Below, piece by piece: positions 24,336 to 35,464 of a DNA stretch of 64,000 bases. Within the stretch, counting starts at the first letter, position 1. Each line of letters opens with the position of its first letter. The DNA is from an uncultured Methanosarcinaceae archaeon (GTDB lineage: Archaea; Halobacteriota; Methanosarcinia; Methanosarcinales; Methanosarcinaceae): assembly GCA_963833425.1 (NCBI GenBank), contig CAWHXP010000002.1, forward strand, positions 352,001 to 416,000, written 5' to 3'. The position numbers and the translations under genes are program-made. Below the pieces are notes generated by a model. The model worked only from the letters and a program-made list of their open reading frames with translations. It had not been told where the DNA came from and ran no database searches.

Positions 24336-25340
24336 TTAGAAAATTGTGGTCCATCCTTCTTTGGAGGTATCCTCCTCTGTATAGTTAACTCCGTCCACCT
24401 TTAAGCCCTTATTATCCAGTAGGGTTATGATTCCACCATCTTTGGGCAACGTGAAGTCACCCCCTGTGATTGGAATCTTCAGGATTTCTCCAGCATTCAA
24501 AGTACCTGACAGATCTATTTTCATTTTATTTCTATCAGCCAACTTCCAACCGTTAAGTGTAACCGACTCAGGAGTGGCATTAAGGATGGCAACGTTTCTT
24601 TCTTCAGAACCTACTGGGTTCACCAAGGCAGCAATAATGATCACGCGCTTATCGATTGCAGCAGCTACAGCAACCTTTTGAGCTCCGCATGCCTCTGGAA
24701 TGAAATGACCTGTAGTGTCATATGTGTGGAAGCACTGAGATTGGAAGGCCAGGAAAATGGCCACCCATCTATTCTCGTCTGGGTAATGAAATATGATGCC
24801 ACCGTCCTGCCATGTTCCGTCATCTTTTACCCATTCATCTCTATTGCCTTGATTCATATGTATATCGTGGATGCCATTTCCAGGCCTGAAACCGAAATAG
24901 GGATCGCGTTTATTCTCTGGTCCCCAACGCTGGCCAAAAGCATATATCTCACTGGTTTCCATAGAAATTGCTTTATCAACATATTTGTGAAAAAGCTCAT
25001 TCAGGTCGTTATCAGGTCCTGGAAGGTTATATGGCAGTGGTTTCATTTGGGTTATATCGAAGATATTTCCCCTAATATAATCTAGCGCCATTCCCCCCGG
25101 TCGGTTTTCCAGATTCTGGAAGCCCGAGGATAGAGTCCCCAGGTCTTTAAGGATAGGATGGTTGAAATCCTCGTCTAGATAGTAGAGCACGGTTGAAGGC
25201 TCTTCCTGGGATTTGACATCAATGGCTATTCTGAACAGATCATCATCACTGATTTTCACTTGGAAATGCGGTCTCAATCCTTGACCATTCATCATATCTA
25301 TGGCCTTTCCTTTCAGTACACCGTATCCGTTTATTGGCAT
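24336..25340 (-). CDS. YukJ / DUF2278 family protein with C-terminal lamin-tail-like domain
   Basis: YGVLKG, LDYIRGN, GIHDIHMNQGN, WQDGG, FLAFQSQ; then IIAALVNPVG...LNGWKLAD...GGIITLLD. Confidence 0.85.
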   Translation of the reverse strand: MPINGYGVLKGKAIDMMNGQGLRPHFQVKISDDDLFRIAIDVKSQEEPSTVLYYLDEDFNHPILKDLGTLSSGFQNLENRPGGMALDYIRGNIFDITQMKPLPYNLPGPDNDLNELFHKYVDKAISMETSEIYAFGQRWGPENKRDPYFGFRPGNGIHDIHMNQGNRDEWVKDDGTWQDGGIIFHYPDENRWVAIFLAFQSQCFHTYDTTGHFIPEACGAQKVAVAAAIDKRVIIIAALVNPVGSEERNVAILNATPESVTLNGWKLADRNKMKIDLSGTLNAGEILKIPITGGDFTLPKDGGIITLLDNKGLKVDGVNYTEEDTSKEGWTTIF

Positions 25341-26334
25341 ATTTTCACCTACCGAACTACAAACGACTTGTTCATTTTTAATTCATTTATGATCTCAGCG
25401 TCTGAAATCCTAGAATCTGCCAGGAAAAGTAAATTGACACGAACCAAGATTCTTATAGATATTTTCCCTCAATAAAGATAATGAGTAGTCGTTCTAGCTC
25501 TTTCTATTGCATAATTTCTCGTAATATTTTTCTGATACCGCTATTATAGAAGCTATAAACTAACAATAAAATTTAGACGCTTATTATATAAAATGTTGTA
25601 ATTTTATTTAGATTGGTTAAGTAAACTTTCCAACTGTTTGCAGGCAATTCACCATCTATAGTTTACAAAATCAACTTTTTGACATAACAGATTAGCCGGA
25701 TAACCTAAGCTAGTAAAATAAAGCAGATGAAATCCCATTTTGGAATTTGAGCATATAAAAAACAAATATTATCTACTTGTGTTATATATCCCAGTTAAAG
25801 GTTGCTAATGATACTGGTATTAAGGTATCAGACAGTTGAGAGTCAGACCATCAACTATCCGGTTTCGTATACCATAGGGAAGGGATTGACATTTTTTACA
25901 ATTATTTTAATTTTTTGATATATATAATACGTCAATATGAAATAAGTAGAGGTGATTTCAATCCACATATCCTTCTTTTGTAATAAGACAGAATAAGACA
26001 GACCGAATTTATAACAAGTTTTTCAACTTTTCAGTTAGATATCCGCAATTTATCCCATATCAGTTTCTGCAGCGATCCACACGAGCCAAACTTTTTTGTC
26101 AATATAGTCATTTTCATAGTCATCACAAATTTCTTGAGTAACACAAATTTGTTTATCAAACATTACTATTTGTTCTTGTGCTGTTTTTCATAACTGGATC
26201 AAAATAGATCAGCTTTTCTACTGAAAAATACAAGAGTGCAAAAAATAGAATGGTTCTCGATTGATGGGGCATAATCTTCAATTGGTGCGCTTGCGACTTT
26301 CCAAAGCTCGATCTTGTTTTATTCCATATGCACT

Positions 26335-27089
26335 GGAGAGAATTATCGAAAAGTTCAAAGAAAATATGGGAAAAGTTGCAAAGCCAACTTGATGCTCTGG
26401 GTTTACAGATAAAGCATGGAATGATTCAGGATGCTACTTTTATCCATTCAGATCCAGGACATGCAAAAGTAGATAAACCTCGAGGAGATGAGGCAAAAAC
26501 AAGAAGAGGCAGAGACTGGACATGGACAAAGAAGGGAGGTAAGTCTCACTTTGGATATAAGCTCCACAATATAATAGACAGAGATTATGAGCTGATCAGA
26601 AGATTCAAAACAACAACTGCGTCAGTACATGATTCGTATGTAGATTTGACAGAGGAAAATTAAGTGGTTTATAGGGACAGAGGATACTTTGGAGCAAAAA
26701 CGAAGGGGTATAATGCAACAATGAAAAGAGCGGTCAAAGGACATACTTTGGGAATAAAGGATATATTAAGAAATAAGAGAATTAGTTCAAAAAAAATCCA
26801 AGGGGAAAGAGTTTATTCAGTAACGAAAGAAATTTTCAAAGCAGGAAGAGTTTTTGTTACTACTGTTAAAAGAGTAAATCTAAAAATGTTGTATACGGCT
26901 TTTTGTTATAATCTCCATCAATTGAGGAAATTGAAAATAAAAAAGTATATTGAAGATAGTGGAAGCTATCTTTAAAATCAAAGAATTGAGAATAAGTAAA
27001 GCCAAAAAGATGAATTAAATAGAGAAATTGAGGGGAAGATCTGAGAAATCACTGCTAAGAAATAAAATCCGAAGTTTATCGAAATTCTC
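26335..27089 (+). mobile_element. IS5-family element copy 5, 5'-truncated
   Basis: Homology starts at GGAGAGAATTATCG. Retains MIQDATFIHSDPGHAKVDKPRGDEAKTRR; right TIR intact. Confidence 0.9.
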
Positions 27090-27093
27090 TATA

Positions 27094-27182
27094 GAAGATT
27101 TCGATAAACCCCACTTTTTAGTAGATAGTTTATAAACGGTATATAAGCAATTTGTTAAAATCAGAGGTTTATCGAAATCCTC
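27094..27182. mobile_element. 89-bp MITE abutting IS copy 5
   Basis: Both TIRs, TATA/TATA duplication; the left TATA is shared with the IS right flank. Confidence 0.9.
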
Positions 27183-27979
27183 TATAATCTATTGCTCTGT
27201 CAAATTCGGGATCTTATTTGATTATACCACTTAAACCAAATGCGCTGATGTTTTTTCGTATTCAACAGTACGTATATTGCTTAGAGTGATTATTTCATTT
27301 CGGGTCCGAAAAAGCTTTCTAAGTAGTTTCTATTACCAGTTTAAATTTATCAAAGTAAAATAGATCCTCTTCAATAGGTTTTGGACCGTTTCGTTCTTTT
27401 TACAATCTTATTTTGGCAGTAAAATTCCCATTTGGAATGAAGCCTCTTCTTTTCGTCAAAATATTATTTAATATTCTTAATAAATTGCATCAAAATTCGA
27501 TATATTTGTCGCTTCAACACCACATAGATTAAAAAAGTTTGTAGATATAGGAGTTTATCTCCATTTTTGTTTTCTTGTGATCTCATTTTGATGTTCACGA
27601 TAAATTAGCGAATTTTTTTCTGCATGAACCTTTACTTCTGTAAAAACAATTTTGAAGGAAAGGAATATTCTGGCAGAAGACAGCAAAATTTTATATTGCA
27701 ATATTATAAAGTTATCATTACATACTTTCAAGCTAACAATCTCCCAAAAATAAGTCTATATGCCAAAAGATGCAGGTTCAGAGAATATTAGTTTGAAATT
27801 TAATTTTATAATTCCATATCAGATCTGGAATAACCTTGCTGATCCCCAAAAAGCTTATTAAAGGCCAAGTTCTATAGCGTGAAACATGGTTGCTTAGAAA
27901 ATTCAGAAATTTAGATAAAAATTTTCTTACTTATAAATTTAGCTAATTTAATAGAAGAGTTTATAGGAGATTTGAAAAT

Positions 27980-28726
27980 ATGACGATTCAGAAAGGCGAT
28001 TTCATAGCATTAAACTACACGGGTAGGTTCGAAGATAACAGAGTTTTCGACACAACCGACGAAGAACTTGCAAAAAAAGAAGACATCTTTGACCTCCGTG
28101 GCCTTTATGGTGGAGATATCATTATTGTCGGTGCAGGGCATACTATTGTGGGCCTCGATGAAAATCTCGAAGGGAAGGAAGTCGGTTACACGGGGAAAAT
28201 TGTAATTACACCTGAAAAGGCTTTTGGACTTAGCGACCCTAAACTCATCGAAACGATTTCCATTACGAAGCTTCAGGACAGAAAAGTCCATCCAGGAATG
28301 ACTGTTAAGGTTGACGGTAGGGAAGGTGTTGTCAGCAGAGTTATAGGTCGTAGGGTCACTGTGGACTTTAACAGCCCTCTTGCAGGCAAGACAGTAATCT
28401 ATGAATACACGATTGAAAGAGTTATTGAGACTGAAATTGAAAGAATAAAGGGTTTGTTAGCCCTTTACACGGGCATGAGGGATCTGGAAATCTCCATTGA
28501 TGATGGGATTGCGAAGATCTATACACCTACAGGCCTTACTTTCAACCAACGCTGGCTCATGGCAAAGAATAGGATTGCAGTCGAACTCTTCAAATACGTT
28601 GGTTTCAAAGAGATTCAATTAATTGAAAAACTCACACCTGAATCTTTAGCCCCGCCATCCCCTCAGACCACAGATGAGGTTGTATCGAGAGCCGAATCCG
28701 AAGAATCCCCAGAACCAGAAGTCTGA
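27980..28726 (+). CDS. Long-type archaeal FKBP peptidyl-prolyl isomerase (SlyD-like)
   Basis: GDFIALNYTGR...VFDTT, ITPEKAFG and VDFNSPLAGKT motifs plus the archaeal C-terminal domain. Confidence 0.93.
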   Translation: MTIQKGDFIALNYTGRFEDNRVFDTTDEELAKKEDIFDLRGLYGGDIIIVGAGHTIVGLDENLEGKEVGYTGKIVITPEKAFGLSDPKLIETISITKLQDRKVHPGMTVKVDGREGVVSRVIGRRVTVDFNSPLAGKTVIYEYTIERVIETEIERIKGLLALYTGMRDLEISIDDGIAKIYTPTGLTFNQRWLMAKNRIAVELFKYVGFKEIQLIEKLTPESLAPPSPQTTDEVVSRAESEESPEPEV

Positions 28727-28753
28727 TTTCATCTTTAGACTGAACCAAAAAAG

Positions 28754-28772
28754 CGAAGAGATTCTCTCTTCG
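28754..28772 (+). terminator. Hairpin after the FKBP gene
   Basis: CGAAGAGA-TTC-TCTCTTCG, 27 nt after the stop; function inferred. Confidence 0.35.
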
Positions 28773-28878
28773 TAAATTATATATATAATAATCAGTGTCT
28801 CTGTATATCTTCCTGGAATATCAGGGCTATCTACATCATTTTCTCTAGGGAACCTGTAAGAATATATACCTTCAACTT

Positions 28879-28964
28879 GCTGAGGTGGCCCAGCGGACTA
28901 AGGCGCCGGTCTTGAAAACCGGTAGTGCTCACGCGCTACGGGAGTTCGAATCTCCCCCTCAGCG
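28879..28964 (+). tRNA. tRNA-Ser (anticodon UGA)
   Basis: Acceptor GCTGAGG/CCTCAGC, anticodon arm CCGGT-CTTGAAA-ACCGG, long variable arm, T-loop TTCGAAT, discriminator G; CCA not encoded. Confidence 0.96.
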
Positions 28965-29287
28965 TAGTTTTAAAAAGGATTTCAATTCAACTCTAATTTC
29001 CCGTATTCTCAAGCTACAACATATAACAAAAGCAAGAAGATATTATAATTTATAAAAGCAACTTCAATTTTTGACCCTGCTTTCATTTGAAGCGGATCAT
29101 ACTTTATTAATCATCAAGAATACTTGAATTTTCATATTCTCTTTTTTGTCGCGGGAATTAATTGTTCTTTTAACAATATCAGGTTCGGTAAACACATCTA
29201 AATTCTAGAATTATATTACTATTTTTATCTAATCTATGGTAATGTTGTATCATTCTAGAGGGGACTATATCAAAGTAGGGTATTGTT

Positions 29288-30016
29288 TTATCTAGCTTCA
29301 TGTTCATAATTTTCACGGAATGCTCTTTCTCCCACGGTTAAAAAATGATAGTTCTCAGCCTTGAAAGAATGTATTAGGGTTTTAAGGTTTTGGAGAGCTT
29401 TTCCTCCGGTATTGAATTTACAATCAAGGCGTATTGGTAGTTTGGACATATCCACAAATTCCCATGGGTGGACGAAGATTAAAGGAGCTTTTACGTGCTT
29501 GAGCAGTGGTAGAAATAAGGCTGGGGGAAGCCGTAAAAAAGAAGAGGTAATTGTAGCAGGAATCCTTATTATTTTAGCTTCCACCCTACTTCTGGGAAAT
29601 GGTGGTTTATAGGCTGCAAGTGAGGAATCATACAGAAAACCTTCCTCTTCCAGAAGCTTAAGATATTTATCCGGGAATTGAAGGTTCGGAGCCCTAAAGG
29701 ATATCAGCCTTTTTTCAAAATGTCTAAGGACCTTAACAGCTTTTTTAAGGGTGATTTTCGCTTCTTCTGTTTCCATTCGGTCAAAACGTGCATGTGTATA
29801 TCCGTGACAACCAAGTTCATGTCCTTCTTCCAGAATTCTATATATAAGGTCCGGAAACTGCTCTGCCATCATTCCAGTTACGAAAAAAGTTGTTTTTATC
29901 CCTTCCTTTTTGAAGAGATCCAATAATTTCGGCAATCCCTCTTCCATACCTCTTGTACTCATAAGCATAGGTGGACAATCTTCTTCTACATCAATTGTTA
30001 TTGTAATTTTTTTCAT
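29288..30016 (-). CDS. Polysaccharide deacetylase (NodB/CE4 family)
   Basis: ITIDVEED, TFFVTG, GHELGCHGYTH, SFRAP, YDSS and HPWEF motifs. Likely ATG at 30016, overlapping the GT4 3' end. Confidence 0.9.
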   Translation of the reverse strand: MKKITITIDVEEDCPPMLMSTRGMEEGLPKLLDLFKKEGIKTTFFVTGMMAEQFPDLIYRILEEGHELGCHGYTHARFDRMETEEAKITLKKAVKVLRHFEKRLISFRAPNLQFPDKYLKLLEEEGFLYDSSLAAYKPPFPRSRVEAKIIRIPATITSSFLRLPPALFLPLLKHVKAPLIFVHPWEFVDMSKLPIRLDCKFNTGGKALQNLKTLIHSFKAENYHFLTVGERAFRENYEHEAR

Positions 30017-31121
30017 AAATGACCTTTGTATACATCTGCTTGGTCTGTTCACATATTCTGTCCCAATTGTAATTTGAAAGCTCCTTGCTTGCTTCCTGCG
30101 CAAAAGAGCTTCTTAATGCCGGATTTTCTATCAATGTCTGAAGATGTGATGAAAATTCCATAAGATTATTCGCAAGGTAACCACTTACTCCGTTCTTGAT
30201 GATATCCGAAACTCCACTATGATTCATTGCCACAACAGGGACTTTTTTTGAGATAGCTTCAAGGATCGCAATTCCGAAGGCTTCGTCACTGGAGGGAAGG
30301 GCAAAGATATCTGCTTGCTCCAGATATCCCAATACCCTTCCTCTGGGAACCTCTCCTGTGAAGCAAAAGTTTCTAGATAACCCTTTTTTTTCTACCATTT
30401 TTTCCAGTTTTTTTCTCAGAGGACCGTCTCCTACCATTAAAAAAATTACATTCCCATATTTTTTCAGAATAGAAGGAGCAATATTCACAATATTCAAGAC
30501 ACCCTTTTTTTTTGTCATACGTGCGACAGTAGCAATTACAACTTTTCCATTAGTGTCGAAAAGAAAGGGAATCTTGAGAATATTATCTTCAGAATCAATC
30601 CCATTAAAAATCCGGTAAATAGGTTTTGATGTCATTATCTTTGAGTCTTTTTCAACTGCAGAGCTAACAGCAATCACAGCATCCGCATTCCTTAAAAGCA
30701 ATTTACCTAAAAGATAATAAACTGGGCGATATAAAGTATGTCCTACTAGAGAATGATTGGTAATTACTACAGGAATTTTTAGTTTCCGGGATGCTAGGAG
30801 GGCAGATATTCCGATAGGAGAATCTAGTCCGTGGCAATTGACAATTCCATAATTTCCTTTTTTCAAGAGGTAGTACAACTGTTTATATGCGTTGGGCATG
30901 AGAAAACGATGCTGGCCAGGAAAGGGTTTACTTTTGATTCTTATCACTGATACTCCATCTCTGATACAATTCTCAGGGACATCCGGATAGCTCCTTGTAA
31001 TAATGCTTACTTCGTGGCCATGGATGGCAAGGGTCCTAGCAAGGGCATGCATGGAATACTCAATTCCTCCTACTTTTGGAAAGTACCAATCACTAATCAG
31101 TGCAATTTTGAGCTTTTCCAT
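29991..31121 (-). CDS. GT4 glycosyltransferase, PIG-A-like
   Basis: IALISDWYFPKVGGIE, VITNHSLVG, VARMTKKKG, GDGP and EAFGIAILEA (EX7E) motifs. Confidence 0.9.
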   Translation of the reverse strand: MEKLKIALISDWYFPKVGGIEYSMHALARTLAIHGHEVSIITRSYPDVPENCIRDGVSVIRIKSKPFPGQHRFLMPNAYKQLYYLLKKGNYGIVNCHGLDSPIGISALLASRKLKIPVVITNHSLVGHTLYRPVYYLLGKLLLRNADAVIAVSSAVEKDSKIMTSKPIYRIFNGIDSEDNILKIPFLFDTNGKVVIATVARMTKKKGVLNIVNIAPSILKKYGNVIFLMVGDGPLRKKLEKMVEKKGLSRNFCFTGEVPRGRVLGYLEQADIFALPSSDEAFGIAILEAISKKVPVVAMNHSGVSDIIKNGVSGYLANNLMEFSSHLQTLIENPALRSSFAQEASKELSNYNWDRICEQTKQMYTKVIYEKNYNNN

Positions 31122-31123
31122 AC

Positions 31124-32050
31124 TTAAAACCCTCCGTAATTAAGTAGATAAAGGAATCTTTTACGCTGCTGAGCCCAAAAGAGATCAAAACATTCGAGAA
31201 AAAAGAAGTTACTTGCTGAAGCAAGTCTCAGCCCTAAATAGAGAGGGACAGAGATAATAATCCTTTTAAATATTCCAAGCCCACTAGGACTAATTGGAAG
31301 GCTTATTAGTAGCAAGTACAAAATTGAAATTGTTGGAACTAAATGTAAAAAGAGAGAAATTTTCAGAGCTAAAGCCATCATTTTGAGATGTATTTTATCA
31401 AGAATCCAGCCTCCAAATAATAAGAGTGGAGTAAAAGTGAAAAATTTTTTAAGCTGTTTCCAATTTAGCTGTGCACAGTTAAGACAAGAAGTAAAAATTG
31501 CTATGATAAACCACATTGTCATTCCTGTTATGAAAAAGACAAAAATCAATAAATAAGTTGAGCTTAGAGTTAGGCTATTCCTTAAGGGTAATAGTTTAAT
31601 ATATAATTGAGATAAAAAGTACGAACTATAGATTAATATTATCAAAATAGAAATTGCTTCAATCGACTTTTTGGAAAGAATTGATCTAAAAGTATTAGTA
31701 TAACCTATTCCGAATCTCTTGTTAACCCAAAGTATCAGGAGCATTTCACTCCCTGCCACACTCTTCAAAGTTAAATTATTTACGACAATTTTTTCAAAAA
31801 AAGTTGGAAAAAGACCTGTGGTCTCAAGATTATAGACATTAAAAGAGAGAACCTGCTGCCAATGAATTGTAAACAAATATATACTCAACAGATGTACGAA
31901 GAATGCCAGATGAATCTGGCTTTCATGAAATATTCCCCAGTTTTCTCCTAGAATAGTTACAATTTCTGTCAAGTAGGGGCGGACCAGAAATACTCCCACA
32001 ATGAACAGTAAGATAATTAAAATTGCTTTTTTCAAGGTTCTCAGGTTCAA
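31124..32050 (-). CDS. UPF0104 / LPG-synthase-TM flippase-like membrane protein, possibly degenerating
   Basis: Multi-TM with VNNLT...AGSE and LPISPSGLG motifs. Near the 3' end the expected hydrophobic LISFGLSSV lies in another frame, suggesting compensating frameshifts. Confidence 0.7.
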   Translation of the reverse strand: MNLRTLKKAILIILLFIVGVFLVRPYLTEIVTILGENWGIFHESQIHLAFFVHLLSIYLFTIHWQQVLSFNVYNLETTGLFPTFFEKIVVNNLTLKSVAGSEMLLILWVNKRFGIGYTNTFRSILSKKSIEAISILIILIYSSYFLSQLYIKLLPLRNSLTLSSTYLLIFVFFITGMTMWFIIAIFTSCLNCAQLNWKQLKKFFTFTPLLLFGGWILDKIHLKMMALALKISLFLHLVPTISILYLLLISLPISPSGLGIFKRIIISVPLYLGLRLASASNFFFLECFDLFWAQQRKRFLYLLNYGGF

Positions 32051-32125
32051 AAATACACCTTCATAAGGGTTCAGAGTAGAATTTTTTTATAAGTAAATTT
32101 TTCCATTACATTAAATGGATTTAAC

Positions 32126-32213
32126 GGGATTTTGGTAAACCTTTAATTTTTACGAGGTATTTATATACCATTAATAAATATGTTACGAAATTTAGGAATT
32201 TATTGTAATCTTT
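32126..32213. mobile_element. Strongly decayed MITE
   Basis: GGGATTTTGGTAAACC...GGAATTTATTGTAATCTT; same length and layout as the family. Confidence 0.45.
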
Positions 32214-33821
32214 TTAAATTTATGAATCTTTTCTATAAATTGGGACAAGGTTTATTTCCTGGATCTAAAACTATACATCTCGAAAAGGAAGGTTTCAAAA
32301 TATATTTTTACTTATTCGAATAAGGGGGCCATCAAAGGACACATACTAGCTTCTACCCAATGCCCATTCTAAGTTTATATTCTTTTTTGTAACTAATCAG
32401 GGTATAGCCAACTTCACCTCTTGGATGTCACTAGACTCATTCTATAACCGGCAAATCGTACTTTCTGATTGTAGAACTGTCGGCTCTAATTCAGCAGAAA
32501 CATACAGCTTCTGATCTGGTTCTGAAATTTCCTGATATTTTTTTGCATTATATAAACCTATCAAGTAGGTTCATTGATTCTTTTTTTGGATTCGCACCGT
32601 ACTTTTCTTATTTTTAGAGTTTAAAAGAAGGTAGATTTTTTTCAATTCCTTACAAAACTATGGAATTGAATATTTTTTTCAACTCTTAAATTTGCTATTT
32701 GAATCATCAGTTTATTTTTTCATTTTTGTTAAAAGCTCATTCATTTCTTTATCCAATTACTTTTTATAATCTATTCAAATCCATTAAGTTCTTTCTGGAG
32801 ATGAGCATTTCAAAGAGTATGAGCTCATTTATGACGCTGCAGGATTTGCACCTATTACGAACTTTATTCCTTTAAAGTTAGTCAAAATTTCAATAGCTTT
32901 AACTGCTTAAGATCCTCTCTTCGGATCAGAAAGATAACAAGTATATTTATCATTGAAGCTATATGTAGCCAATGTCCTTTTTTCTTGATTTAAATCCTTG
33001 TTCCATAACTATTGAAAACAGTATAAGTTATTAATATATTTCGAATTATATTTTAAAAATACTTTAAATTCTAGAAACAATCTATTCTGTTCTAATCATG
33101 GTAGCAGAACAAATTTATACCCTATAATATAATTAAAAAACTCGAAAATCCTTTTACTGGGATAAACTGGTAATTTTACAATAGATTGCTGAAGCTAAAA
33201 TACTAGGGTCATGCTGGACTGGATATCTCAATGATTCTCAAAAACAGCTTTATTTGGGGCATTGGATAAATCTCTTAAATATAACTTATTCTTAAACTTA
33301 GTATTCTGTTAATATCCTTATGCTCAAATCAAGTTGGTAAAAAATTATTCGACTGAATAAAATCCGTAAAAGAACAGCTTGTTAAAAGGATAAAATATGC
33401 CTATTTCAAGCTTCGATGAGATACCTTGAAATGGATACTTATCTGGTTGCTTGCTGGTATCATTTACTACTAAATTCCCTAAAGATGAATATAGTCAAGT
33501 CCAATCATGGGAGCTGCGAGAGAAATACTTTTCGAATACTTGAAAATTATTTTTTCAATTTTTAATATTCATACCGATGTTATACAAAATTTTCCACAAT
33601 TAAAGGGGTACAGTTGCCTCAAATATCGCGTAAATTGGAGGATGAAATAAGAATAATGAAGAAAATAGCTAGAGCACCATAATAGTATAAATTCTCAGAA
33701 ATGGAATCATTCATGTGAAAGAAAATCCAGATACTCAAGAAAAAAATGAAATTAAAAAAATTCGAGGAAACTTCTTTGAAGCTCCAGGGATTCAAAAATC
33801 TGATTTTTAGGGAGAACCAGA

Positions 33822-34235
33822 ATGGGATATGAGATAAAAATAGACGGACAGGAAATAGTTAGGGATCCTGAATTCCAGGAAAGGAAAGAATCGAAAGAAA
33901 ATAAGTTCAAGGCTTTAGAGAAACTTGGAACTAGTTATGCGATTGAATCATGGGCAAAACCTGAGAAAAGAATCGATGAAAAAGCTGCTGAAAAGATTGA
34001 AGAAGCAAGAAAAAAACCTCAAAAAGAATTCAAAGATAAAAAATTAACTATTTGCTCTAGGAAGGAACGCTTGACCAAGAGCAAGACCGAACGTAAACTC
34101 TTTGGAGTCTGCGGAGGGCTAGGTGAGTATTTTGGAATTGATCCTACTCTGATAAGACTTGTTTTTGTGGCTCTTACTTTATTCGACGGAATTGGGCTGG
34201 TAATATACATCATCATGGCTATAATTATACCTTAA
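33822..34235 (+). CDS. PspC domain membrane protein
   Basis: C-terminal RLTKSKTERKLFGVCGGLGEYFGIDPTLIRL...YIIMAIIIP. Confidence 0.9.
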   Translation: MGYEIKIDGQEIVRDPEFQERKESKENKFKALEKLGTSYAIESWAKPEKRIDEKAAEKIEEARKKPQKEFKDKKLTICSRKERLTKSKTERKLFGVCGGLGEYFGIDPTLIRLVFVALTLFDGIGLVIYIIMAIIIP

Positions 34236-34299
34236 GAAAAAAATGTACAAATATTTATAAGAAATTTATCAGTGGTCTTCTGGAGTAAGTTTCTGAATA

Positions 34300-35081
34300 A
34301 ATATCACAGTAATTGGTAGTGTGCCAATTCTCTATGAAATCATAACTTTCAGAAGTTAAAATTAAGAGATCATATGCTGGAATAACCACATTGCATACAG
34401 TGTGTAGATATTTAACTTTGGATTTACTTCAATCTACAAAACTTCTAAAAAGTATTGGTGAGAATACTGATCGAGGCTGGCTTCAAAGTGTAACATTACT
34501 TGTAGTAATGTCTATTTTCTGCTCAGGCACTGACAATTACAATCAGAAATTGCACTAATAAATTCTACAGATTATTTCCAGTTTTTGTTTCCAGGAAACC
34601 TATTGTTATTTTTGCTATTTATTCGCCCTTCTATAACCTTATTTAGAATTTATGATCTTTTTGCGAGCTCGAAAAATCAGCTCGGTTACGAAAAGACAGG
34701 TTAGGAACCATAGAGGTGATTATAAGAGATCGAAGGCCCTAAGGAATATAGGATTGAATAAATCCTGTAAAGAATATAGCTTCGAAAAACTTAATACTTG
34801 TAACTCCTGTGCTATACGCTTCGTCCAGCAAAAAGTAGAATAGGTAGGCAAGTACTGCAAAAACGAAGTAAGACGCAACAAAATATTTGCAGCTCTCCTT
34901 CACAAAGCTTGTAGTTTATTCTGTATATTTCACAAAATTGAACCGGAATCTGGAAATGAAAAAGAAAAGCGGCATATGGAACGAAAAGATGTAAGTATCA
35001 GGCTCCATAGGTAGCTAGTAATTGCAAACACTAAAGCATAATTCCGAATCCTTTTAATGTATCAATCCAGCGCAATCTCAT
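34300..35081 (-). pseudogene. Acyltransferase family 3 pseudogene
   Basis: Not in the ORF track. Minus-strand pieces MRLRWIDTLKGFGIML, SFHMPLFFFIS and LWFLTCLFVTELIF, broken by frameshifts. Confidence 0.75.
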
Positions 35082-35464
35082 GAAACCAATAAATATATGA
35101 TCACAGTAACGGATATAAATTTTTGTAACTTTTGGGGTCCACTCTAAATAAAAATAATTCAATTTTGAGTTTAAAGGGGGGTTACGTCACGAAACAGAAA
35201 AAAAATCGTATGCAACAGAATGCATCTATTTTACTGATGCATAGGTTTTAATGTAAAAAGTTCTGGATTTATCTGAATCACTGCAGCTGTAAGACTTCTA
35301 AGGCCTTTCAAGTCTGACTGATAAGAAATAACAACCATCTTTTATGACAAAATATTGCTTAAATATTAAAATTTTTGATGATTCTAGAAGATAGTAAAGA
35401 CATAAGTTTTAGATAGAAAGAGAGGAACTATTAAACTTATACTATTTTTATAATAGGAAATACA

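Noticed and set aside
28879..35100. tRNA-Ser as the attachment site of an integrated island
   Set aside because: No integrase and no duplicated tRNA 3' end seen in the window.
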